DNA of 32,000 nt, from contig JALDRA010000001.1 in NCBI GenBank assembly GCA_031316235.1, positions 120,001-152,000 of the forward strand, read 5' to 3'. Both the position numbers and the translations under genes were made by a program. A model generated the notes under the pieces. It did not search any database and had not been told where the DNA came from. It saw only the letters and a program-made list of their open reading frames with translations. Positions 23,798 to 31,428 of this stretch are shown piece after piece (position 1 is the stretch's first letter; the number at the start of each line of letters is the position of its first letter). The DNA comes from Candidatus Scalindua sp. (GTDB taxonomy: Bacteria; Planctomycetota; Brocadiia; Brocadiales; Scalinduaceae).

Positions 23798-26533
23798 ATG
23801 ACTTTTAGTACTTTAGGAAAAATACATAGTGATATAGACAAAGTCAAGCTAATTCTCCGAAAAAAAGACAAAACTTTCTTCAATAAGTACTGTCATCTAT
23901 TTGAGCAATTAAAACAATCACGGCAAAGATTTATCGATACCATAAATCTCACTATGGAAGACGGCAGGACAAAACCCATAAAACTCTTTCTGGTTCAACA
24001 CAACCTTGCCTTCGGGCCAGGCCATGGTGTCCTGCAATTTATCAAAGAAATACACCTCCCAAAGGGTGTGCTGAGGTCTCCATCCCACAATACCATGGAC
24101 ATGGTTGAGAAATGGATTCTTGAAGAGGTGGAAGCTGCGGCTACCAGTACAAGCCTGCGCCACGTGCTCCATAATATAAAGCTTGGCGGAGCATGCTGCG
24201 CTGTTGCCCTGCTGGAACTTAAAAGGATTGATGATCATATTGAAATCGTTCCTATTAATCTGACAGATATTGAGGAAGCACGGCTCTCCAGAGAAATCGG
24301 GCACCGTCTTGTGAAATATCATATTATGGGAACTGAGAGTTTATGGCTTGAGCCTGATAACCTTACAACAAACGAACAAATCATACAATGGGTAGAGGAT
24401 GAAGCCTTAAAAACTCTCTCATTAAGACAACTCTTTACACCAAGAGACAAAAAACTGTTTGAAACACTGAACAGGATTCACCACCATGCAGGAACGATAA
24501 ACAGAAATTCAGTTGATCCTGATAAAACAAAAAGAATACTAGAAACACCTTATCACGATGAAGCCCAGGACTGGTTAAAGGAATGGAAATCAACAAGACG
24601 GGGAGAAACTGCAACAGAAGAGCTGCTCTCGAGGACTTCAAATGCTGGCAAACACTACAGGCGTCAAATACTGAGAATTTCCCTGAAGTACCGGATCCTC
24701 CCCTCTTTGGCAAAAAAAATCCTGCCTGTCCAGCGTCTTCTTACCGTAATGCACCTCCCCATTAAAGACTATAAACCCAACGGTCAGATAGCCATCCTTG
24801 ACACGGGAATTGCCCCCGCCATTGTCGAACAGCATATAACAAAACTACCGAACCTCCATGATGAAGATATTGTAGTCATAAGCGTATTAGCAAAGCGTCT
24901 TGGGGGAAGTTCTCCAGAGATGATCGTTCAGCTTTGCCGGATATACATTGAAGCCGCTTATAATCTGGGAGCAAAAGTCGTACTCCTTTGCAACACAATG
25001 GATGCTAATGCACGGGAAACTCTGGCGAAAGAGTTCAACATACCAATTCTTGGCCCCATAAGACCTGCAATACAGGCAGTAAAAAAATATCTGGAACCGA
25101 AGAATTCCGGGAGACATACTATTGGAGTTATTGCTACCAGGGCAACGATTGCCGCTGGCGCATATGAACGTGAAACCGGTAAATCCATGCCTGCCGCGAG
25201 AATACTTAATGTCATAGCACCGTTGTTAGCAACCCTGATTGATATGATTGCAACCGGCGTAAGCGGGTCAGAGATCACCCACCAGAGAAATGTGGCAATA
25301 CTCGAAGCAAATCTTCTTCCGCTTACAAAAAAAAACATCGATATTCTCGTCCTGGGATGTACCCATTACAGTGTATTCGAGCAGGCTATACACGATTTCT
25401 GGATTCGCTCTACCGGAAAAGATATTGTTATTGTAAACTCTTCCAGAGAACTTCCAAAATTTACTGCAGCCTATTTGAAAGAAAACCGTATATTATCAAC
25501 CAGGAGTAATGCCCATAAAGGCACCCTGTCGCACATAGCCAGCCAGGAATATGCTGCTGAATTTAAACGGGGAGTCATGAATATCACCGGTCGCAATGTC
25601 AAGGTAATCCCGATGGACATTGGTAAAGTCGTCGGAAGATTGAGCGAGAAAGAGAGATTCTTTCAGGAAACGGTATACAAGGAGAGCAGGGAAGATGTTA
25701 ATCTCCGGGCTTTCATTATCAACTCGAATCTTTCCGCTGAAGCCAAAGTGGCCATTGCAGACACATTATATGGGGCAGGGAATTTGAATAAAAACCACTC
25801 TCATCGCGAAATACTGACAATTGAGCTAACTGACGAGCTCATGAGAGAACTGGTATTGCTCGCCATCCGGGATACCGGCATGCTGAGGATTCTATCTTCC
25901 GCCGTACATTCTGATCTTGAAGTAGTAGAAGCGGAAAACAGGAAAGGTGAACACAACATCTTTGTAAGAAATACTACCCAAAACTTCTTTATTATTGGAG
26001 AAAATAATCACTTTACTCGAGTCTTACTGCCATCAGAAAAAAACTTTTTTTCCGGTTTGCTGTATTTTAAAACGGCAGCAGGTAAATTCATACATGTGGA
26101 CCAACTGGACCTGTCGTTTTTCCCAAATACTCTCTTTCAGCCCCGTCATCACAGAGAATTAAATGAATTTAATGAAGCGCTCAAAGAAATCAAAAAAATC
26201 AAGCAGGAGATGGAATGGAATAAGGAGTACCCCAGGCACTCAAAAGATTCTGCCTTGAAAGTTAAGAACTATCTCGATAGGATCGGCTTTCAAGGTGTTT
26301 CGTTGGAAACAAAAAAAACTGAGGATATTATTCATACGTATGTTATTCTTATCCTTATGGATACCGAAGTTATTGTCGACATTTCCGCAAGCCAGTATGA
26401 AGTATGGAAAGGTGCTGGAGCTGTCTCCTGCATGAGAGACCTCGGGGTTGTCGTTATCCCCCGTTCTGAGGTTGAAAACATGCAGAAAAGTGACCCTGAA
26501 TCTCTTTTTTTCTATCACGGCAAACATCCGTAA
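23798..26533 (+). CDS. Large multidomain protein: Glu/Leu/Phe/Val-dehydrogenase N-terminal (substrate-binding) domain lacking the catalytic Lys, plus a glutamate-racemase (Asp/Glu racemase superfamily)-like domain, plus about 330 aa of unknown C-terminal region
   Basis: Residue numbers follow the tracked ORF (start 23696). Residues 76-236 (RFIDTINLTMEDGRTKPIKLFLVQHNLAFGPGHGVLQF...EVEAAATSTSLRHVLHNIKLGGACCAVAL...LTDIEEARLSREIG...EPDNLTTNEQIIQWVEDE) align colinearly with the GDH pattern (V..PV.MDDG....F.GYRVQHN.A.GP.KGG.R.H...EV.ALA..MT.K.A...LP.GG.KGG......LS..ELE.LSR.......PD.G T....M.W). Residues 364-600 (IAILDTGIAP...VVLLCNTMDANA...IPILGPIRPA...IGVIATRATI...ILVLGCTHYSVF) follow the MurI order with both Cys motifs (Cys codons 24989-24991 and 25358-25360). 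The start is placed at ATG 23798 (MTFSTLGK). The tracked TTG at 23696 is the alternative. Confidence 0.7.
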   Translation: MTFSTLGKIHSDIDKVKLILRKKDKTFFNKYCHLFEQLKQSRQRFIDTINLTMEDGRTKPIKLFLVQHNLAFGPGHGVLQFIKEIHLPKGVLRSPSHNTMDMVEKWILEEVEAAATSTSLRHVLHNIKLGGACCAVALLELKRIDDHIEIVPINLTDIEEARLSREIGHRLVKYHIMGTESLWLEPDNLTTNEQIIQWVEDEALKTLSLRQLFTPRDKKLFETLNRIHHHAGTINRNSVDPDKTKRILETPYHDEAQDWLKEWKSTRRGETATEELLSRTSNAGKHYRRQILRISLKYRILPSLAKKILPVQRLLTVMHLPIKDYKPNGQIAILDTGIAPAIVEQHITKLPNLHDEDIVVISVLAKRLGGSSPEMIVQLCRIYIEAAYNLGAKVVLLCNTMDANARETLAKEFNIPILGPIRPAIQAVKKYLEPKNSGRHTIGVIATRATIAAGAYERETGKSMPAARILNVIAPLLATLIDMIATGVSGSEITHQRNVAILEANLLPLTKKNIDILVLGCTHYSVFEQAIHDFWIRSTGKDIVIVNSSRELPKFTAAYLKENRILSTRSNAHKGTLSHIASQEYAAEFKRGVMNITGRNVKVIPMDIGKVVGRLSEKERFFQETVYKESREDVNLRAFIINSNLSAEAKVAIADTLYGAGNLNKNHSHREILTIELTDELMRELVLLAIRDTGMLRILSSAVHSDLEVVEAENRKGEHNIFVRNTTQNFFIIGENNHFTRVLLPSEKNFFSGLLYFKTAAGKFIHVDQLDLSFFPNTLFQPRHHRELNEFNEALKEIKKIKQEMEWNKEYPRHSKDSALKVKNYLDRIGFQGVSLETKKTEDIIHTYVILILMDTEVIVDISASQYEVWKGAGAVSCMRDLGVVVIPRSEVENMQKSDPESLFFYHGKHP

Positions 26534-26655
26534 AGGTATTATATCGCCAGACAACTTCAGGCCGAAAAAAGCTTTCTGTTCGCTTGACTTCAAGAAATTA
26601 TCCGGTAGAATGGAAAATTAATTTTACTATAAAACAGATAGAGAGGGGTGACCTT

Positions 26656-26910
26656 ATGCATAAAAAAGGTAAAACAGTAAGAAAATGTTATGATTGTATC
26701 CTTAATCTGGGAGACCATTGTGCTGTTTATGAAGAGCCACATGATAGATGGCATCACTCTAAGTGTTCAAGTTATAATGACAAAGAGCTGTATAACGAGT
26801 ATCTTGAAAATCAAAAAAAACATCCCGTAGACCAGGCCAAAGAGCTAAGAAAGGAAAAGGCAAAAAAAGTACATACCGCAGAACACCGACAGGGGAGAAA
26901 GAGCCCTTAG
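26656..26910 (+). CDS. Small Cys/His-rich basic protein (hypothetical, possible metal-binding)
   Basis: 84 aa from ATG 26656, preceded by GAGAGGGG 7 nt upstream. The sequence is MHKKGKTVRKCYDCILNLGDHCAVYEEPHDRWHHSKCSSYN... followed by a Lys/Glu-rich tail. It has a CxxC...HC...H...HH..C pattern. It lies 122 nt downstream of the fusion gene on the same strand. I recognise no family. Confidence 0.45.
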   Translation: MHKKGKTVRKCYDCILNLGDHCAVYEEPHDRWHHSKCSSYNDKELYNEYLENQKKHPVDQAKELRKEKAKKVHTAEHRQGRKSP

Positions 26911-26922
26911 GTCATAAATTGT

Positions 26923-27066
26923 GATATACCTATCTTATACTGGATTTCGGATGAAATCCGGAAAAAAACGAAACGGGGAAATTCCTCGGTGCCTTTTGTC
27001 CGGGGATGCCGGCAGCAGGGCTTCGGTTTTTAGAAAATCCTAAAACCAAATCGGTTTTAGGATATC
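26923..27066 (-). repeat. Intergenic hairpin repeat, copy 7 (subfamily B, full length)
   Basis: The sequence is GATATACCTATCTTATACTGGATTTCGGATGAAATCCGGAAAAAAACGAAACGGGGAAATTCCTCGGTGCCTTTTGTCCGGGGATGCC...TTTTTAGAAAATCCTAAAACCAAATCGGTTTTAGGATATC. It starts 12 nt after the stop of the 84-aa ORF. Confidence 0.85.
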
Positions 27067-27157
27067 TCTTCCGTTTACCGCTGTCAGTAAAAAGCGACCC
27101 TGCCTCTTTGCGGTAAATGTTGGAAGGGATCTCAATCAGGAATCTGCGAACACTTAA

Positions 27158-28495
27158 TCAATTGTGTGCCGTTTCAAGTTTCTTTAAGACGGTATCTTTT
27201 ACCAGCCCATAGTCCGGAGGAAGTTCTACCGGCAGATTTACATATTGTGGTTGAACTTCCTCCAATTTGTTCTCATGGTACCTGACCTTAAAATCGGTAA
27301 ATTTCAACCCATGAGCCGTAGAGATAATCACAATTCGCTCATCCTTCCTGATCTGTTTTCTTTTAACCAGCTTAAATAACGCTGCCAATGCAACACCCGT
27401 ATGAGGGCAGTTGAAAAGCCCCGTAGTATCAGCCAGTGCTGCAGCATTCGCAAGTTCATCCTCTGTTGCCTGCTCTACAATCCCGTCAAACAGTTTCAAA
27501 ATCTTAATCGCCTTGTTGATACTGATGGGATTACCTATTTGAATAGCACTCGCAAGTGTTTTTTTCGCCTTTATCGGATGATACTCCTTAAAACCCTTCT
27601 GATAACACCGATACAGGGGATTAGCCCTTGAGGCTTGAACACACACTATTCTGGGAAGTTTCGTAATCATACCCAGGTCCCTCATCAGGAGAAATCCTTT
27701 ACCAAGTGCACTGATATTTCCCAGATTTCCACCCGGTATTATAATAACGTCAGGTACTTCCCAGTCAAACTGCTGGACTAATTCAATGCTGATGGTCTTC
27801 TGCCCCTCAATTCGAAGAGAATTCATCGAGTTCGCAAGATAAATAATATTTTCTGCACAGATCTTACGCACTATTTCCATGCAACCATCAAAATCGGTAT
27901 CTAATGAAAGCGTCAGGGCTCCATTCGCTATCGGCTGAATCAACTGTGCCGTCGAAACCTTGTCTTTAGGCAGGAATACTATGGCAGGTATACCCGCGGC
28001 AGCACAATATGCAGCAAGAGCTGCAGAAGTATCACCTGTCGAGGCACATGCAACACCCCGTATCTCCTTTCCCTCAGAAATCATCTGCTTCACCATGGAA
28101 ACAAGGACTGTCATGCCAAGGTCCTTAAATGAACCGGTATGAGCATTCCCGCACTGCTTAATCCATAAGTTATCTACCCCGATAATATTACCAAGACGTT
28201 CTGCCCAGAAGAGATTGCTGGCCCCTTCATAAAGAGAAACAATGTTCGTATCCTCCACATTTGGACAAACCACCTCCTTCTTCCCCCAGACAGCGCTGCC
28301 GTAGGGCCATCTCGTCCTTCTGTAGCGGTCGTCAAACAGCTTTTTCCACGATTCGGGTTTACGTCGTTTCAGCTTCTCAATATCGTGCTGGACCTCAAGT
28401 AACCCCCCACACTTTCTACAGGTGTAGATAATCTCGTTCAGCTCATACTTCTCATCACACCCTGACGAGCACCGAAACCATGCCTTTTGCCCCAT
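27158..28495 (-). CDS. thrC: Threonine synthase (long form with an N-terminal zinc-ribbon)
   Basis: 445 aa. It has an N-terminal C..C...C..C ribbon (CSSGCDEK...TCRKCGG). The PLP-Lys motif is [10 protein letters not shown], followed by [10 protein letters not shown] and PGGNLGN, as in ThrC. Confidence 0.9.
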   Translation of the reverse strand: MGQKAWFRCSSGCDEKYELNEIIYTCRKCGGLLEVQHDIEKLKRRKPESWKKLFDDRYRRTRWPYGSAVWGKKEVVCPNVEDTNIVSLYEGASNLFWAERLGNIIGVDNLWIKQCGNAHTGSFKDLGMTVLVSMVKQMISEGKEIRGVACASTGDTSAALAAYCAAAGIPAIVFLPKDKVSTAQLIQPIANGALTLSLDTDFDGCMEIVRKICAENIIYLANSMNSLRIEGQKTISIELVQQFDWEVPDVIIIPGGNLGNISALGKGFLLMRDLGMITKLPRIVCVQASRANPLYRCYQKGFKEYHPIKAKKTLASAIQIGNPISINKAIKILKLFDGIVEQATEDELANAAALADTTGLFNCPHTGVALAALFKLVKRKQIRKDERIVIISTAHGLKFTDFKVRYHENKLEEVQPQYVNLPVELPPDYGLVKDTVLKKLETAHN

Positions 28496-28598
28496 TAGTA
28501 TCCTTTATCAGTCATCCAAAAACGCTAAAAAATTAATTATAAAAATATCACTGTTTATTACAAGCAAAATATGCACCCCTGCAGCGCTCAACCACTAT

Positions 28599-29180
28599 TT
28601 ATTCAAGTAAAAGTAGACCGAAATATTTAACATATTCATTTTTATGTTCAAGGAATTTTATCTCAAAACCATTATTCCGTACAGTACCAAATACATCAAT
28701 GCCACATGCCTCCATTGACGGCCTTGCATCTGTTGGTAAAGTACACGATTCCCCGATAGTGCATTCTGTACAAAGCGGGCATGGACCGGCACCTAAGGCA
28801 AAAGCCTTATAGAACCCTGCAAAATTTGCCTTGTGCTCAACAGCAAGAAGCATATCCTTGAAATCTCTTCCGGGCGGCTGTCCTTCAATGAGAAGAGCGC
28901 TCTTATAGGAGTTCAATAGCTCGCGGGTCTCTTTATAGGAAGGTGTATATGGAGGGCAGGTCTTAAACTTACCAAATTTTGAACAACCGAAACGGCATTT
29001 CAACTGAACCCAGGGCTCAACTATTACGCTCTCCGTAGTGATCAACCGTGAAGCCGTTGCCCCCAGCTTTACCAGCTCACTACATAACGGTTCCACCCTG
29101 TCATCATTTACACAATACATAGACTGATCACCTGAAAAACATAGAGTAACAAGGTAAAATAGTATGGGTAACCGCGTCAA
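28599..29180 (-). CDS. DUF2284-like predicted metal-binding protein
   Basis: The Cys pattern LKCRFGCSKFGKFKTCPPYTP ... GAGPCPLCTEC is what I recall for the DUF2284 family. The start is likely M21 (29120, MYCVNDD), because the first 20 codons look non-native. Confidence 0.6.
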   Translation of the reverse strand: MTRLPILFYLVTLCFSGDQSMYCVNDDRVEPLCSELVKLGATASRLITTESVIVEPWVQLKCRFGCSKFGKFKTCPPYTPSYKETRELLNSYKSALLIEGQPPGRDFKDMLLAVEHKANFAGFYKAFALGAGPCPLCTECTIGESCTLPTDARPSMEACGIDVFGTVRNNGFEIKFLEHKNEYVKYFGLLLLE

Positions 29181-29371
29181 ATGTCAACATGAAAGTACAA
29201 TTTGACAGTTCTTTCCTAATATGGTACTTTACCGCACTGAAACATTCCGGAAAATTGCTTCATGCAATGATACCTCTGCCTTCTCTTTACTTATTTGAAA
29301 AGGAATTTGCTATTCCCGCATTAACGTTTTAGTTTTGAAATCTCTATTACCGTTGTAACGGACCAGGTCTC

Positions 29372-30373
29372 ATGAAATTCACCTTACAGCAAATTAATGA
29401 AATTATTGATGGAAAGCTTTTCGGCAACGGAAACACCCTTATTACGGGTGTAGCAAGTATAGATCAGTCACAAGAGGGTGATATCAGCTTTATCAAAGAT
29501 GAAAGCCTTATCAATAAAATTTACACAACCAGGGCATCTGCCATTGTGGCGCACAGACCAATAAAAGATACTCAAAAACCTTTAATCGTCGCCGGAAACC
29601 CATTCCTGGCATTCACAAAATTTTTATACGTTGTTTCAGATCAGAAAAAATCTCAGATTTGTGCTGTCCATGAATCTGCAGTTATTGCAGACACCTCCTG
29701 TATCGGCCAGAATGTCTCTATAGGAGCAAATGTAATTATCGATGAAGATACCAAGATCGGCAACAACGTTACCATATATCCACATGTCTACATTGGGAAA
29801 AACTGCACGATAGGTGATTACTCCACAATCTATCCACACGTAACAATCCGGGAAGATGTAGTGATGGGCAAACGAGTGATAATCCATCCAGGTACAACAA
29901 TTGGCGGAGACGGATTTGGATACCTTCAAATAAAACAGAAGCATGTAAAAATCCCACAGGTTGGTTCCGTTGAAATTGGCGATGATGTTGAAATTGGTTC
30001 AAATGTCACGATAGACAGAGCAACTCTTGACAAAACGATCATTGGTTCCGGTGTAAAGATTGACAATCATTCCCACGTAGCCCATAACGTCATTATCGGG
30101 GAAAACAGCATGCTTATTGCATATGCAAAAATTGCGGGAGGAGCAAGAATTGGTAAAAATGTCATGATTGCTGAAGATGTAGGCATCACAGATCATGCAG
30201 TCATTGGCGACAACTGTATTATCGGCGGAGGTTCAAATGTGTATAAGAGCCTTGAACCAGGCTCTGTAGTCTGGGGTTCTCCAGCCAAACCAATTAACCA
30301 GGAAAAAAGAATACAGATAATACTGAAGAAGCTCCCGGCAATTTATAAGAAGATAAAAGATATTACTCATTAA
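29372..30373 (+). CDS. lpxD: UDP-3-O-acylglucosamine N-acyltransferase
   Basis: 333 aa. It has an LpxD N-terminal domain (L..I...I.G.L.G......I.GVASI..A..GDISF). A long run of hexapeptide (left-handed beta-helix) repeats follows, then a C-terminal helix. Confidence 0.9.
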   Translation: MKFTLQQINEIIDGKLFGNGNTLITGVASIDQSQEGDISFIKDESLINKIYTTRASAIVAHRPIKDTQKPLIVAGNPFLAFTKFLYVVSDQKKSQICAVHESAVIADTSCIGQNVSIGANVIIDEDTKIGNNVTIYPHVYIGKNCTIGDYSTIYPHVTIREDVVMGKRVIIHPGTTIGGDGFGYLQIKQKHVKIPQVGSVEIGDDVEIGSNVTIDRATLDKTIIGSGVKIDNHSHVAHNVIIGENSMLIAYAKIAGGARIGKNVMIAEDVGITDHAVIGDNCIIGGGSNVYKSLEPGSVVWGSPAKPINQEKRIQIILKKLPAIYKKIKDITH

Positions 30374-30384
30374 TATCAAGACAG

Positions 30385-30458
30385 GTATACTCATCTCATA
30401 CTGGATTTCGGATAAAATCCGAGATAAAATTGAGCGAGTAAAGTCCCCGGACAAAAAA
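30385..30458 (-). repeat. Intergenic hairpin repeat, copy 8 (truncated/rearranged; non-hairpin end only)
   Basis: GTATACTCATCTCATACTGGATTTCGGATAAAATCCGAGATAAAATTGAGCGAGTAAAGTCC is identical to the reverse complement of copy 31184-31326 over about 62 nt. It then switches to CCGGACAAAAAAGG, the same module in the opposite orientation, and ends. It starts 11 nt after the lpxD stop. Confidence 0.8.
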
Positions 30459-30656
30459 GGGGTCAGAATGATGAAAGAATAAAGCTGAACCAACCGTTTC
30501 TCTCTTCTTACCTATAATTCCGGCATTTGCAAAAAAACAGTTCTCTTTAAAATAGTACTTGACATTATCTGAATATTTTTATTACCATCTTGCCGAATGG
30601 TATTCAGTAGAATTATCCCCGTTGATTTTCTCTGTCGACGTAACATTTCAGATTTT

Positions 30657-31022
30657 ATGATTATAGATACGAAATTAAAGCAAGTGCATTTCACGAAAGC
30701 ATGCTTAGTTTTACTATTATGCTTCTCAATTCTTTCGGAAGCTGTTTTCTCGTTTGAAGACACTTTCGATAGAGGAGAAATAGGTTCTGCTTCCTCAGAA
30801 GGCACGAGCACCTGCAATGAACACCACTGTCCTGTTGTCCCCAATCAACCCTGCCAGCATTGCCCGGTCTGTTGTACCGTTTCTCATCATTTTACAAATC
30901 AGTCAACCGGAATTACTTTCCATTTTAACAATTCATCTCAACCTTTTTCACTTGCTGAAGAGGTTCTTGACAAAGAACTCTTTGCAAAAACACTCTTTCG
31001 TCCTCCACAATCAATTCTTTAA
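30657..31022 (+). CDS. Small secreted Cys/His-rich protein (hypothetical) upstream of the outer-membrane efflux gene
   Basis: 121 aa from ATG 30657. It has a signal-like segment, MIIDTKLKQVHFTKACLVLLLCFSILSEAVFS, then CNEHHCPVVPNQPCQHCPVCCTVSHHF. It overlaps an antisense 110-aa ORF (30512..30844), so coding status is uncertain. The alternative start is 30597. Confidence 0.4.
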   Translation: MIIDTKLKQVHFTKACLVLLLCFSILSEAVFSFEDTFDRGEIGSASSEGTSTCNEHHCPVVPNQPCQHCPVCCTVSHHFTNQSTGITFHFNNSSQPFSLAEEVLDKELFAKTLFRPPQSIL

Positions 31023-31183
31023 TTCTTCCATTTTTATTCAAGTGTTCCCCTGTTTCATTGATGACTCAATACACAATAGAGTTTGTTTGTGAAAAACAAG
31101 ACTTGCAGTCGGTCATGTGGTCCAATTACGTTCATAGAAAACTATTTTGTAGCTCAAGTATTAGTCAGCAATCAGTGATACAG

Positions 31184-31326
31184 GATATACTAAAACCGAT
31201 TTGGTTTTCGATTTTACCGGAAACCAAATCCTGGTGAAGGTATCCCCGGACAAAAAGCGCCGAGGACTTTACTCGCTCAATTTTATCTCGGATTTTATCC
31301 GAAATCCAGTATGAGATGAGTATATC
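31184..31326 (+). repeat. Intergenic hairpin repeat, copy 9 (subfamily A, full length; used here as the reference copy)
   Basis: The sequence is GATATACTAAAACCGATTTGGTTTTCGATTTTACCGGAAACCAAATCCTGGTGAAGGTATCCCCGGACAAAAAGCGCCGAGGACTTTACTCGCTCAATTTTATCTCGGATTTTATCCGAAATCCAGTATGAGATGAGTATATC. The 8-nt terminal inverted repeat is GATATACT / AGTATATC. Confidence 0.9.
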
Positions 31327-31428
31327 ACTGACGAGTACGTGTTTTCATGCATAAACCATCCATTATGGGAATTGCACTTTTATACGTATGCAACACTTCA
31401 GTAAACAATTTCTAACAAGAGGTAATAC

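Noticed and set aside
30512-30844. 110-aa minus-strand ORF overlapping the Cys/His-rich plus-strand ORF.
   Set aside because: It has no signal, motif or Shine-Dalgarno. The plus-strand ORF has a signal peptide, a metal-type Cys/His cluster and a sensible genomic context, so I preferred it, though with low confidence.
1886-31326. Possibility that the recurring ~140-bp repeats form a CRISPR array.
   Set aside because: The copies are kilobases apart and in both orientations. They are far longer than CRISPR repeats, separated by ordinary genes, and there are no cas genes.
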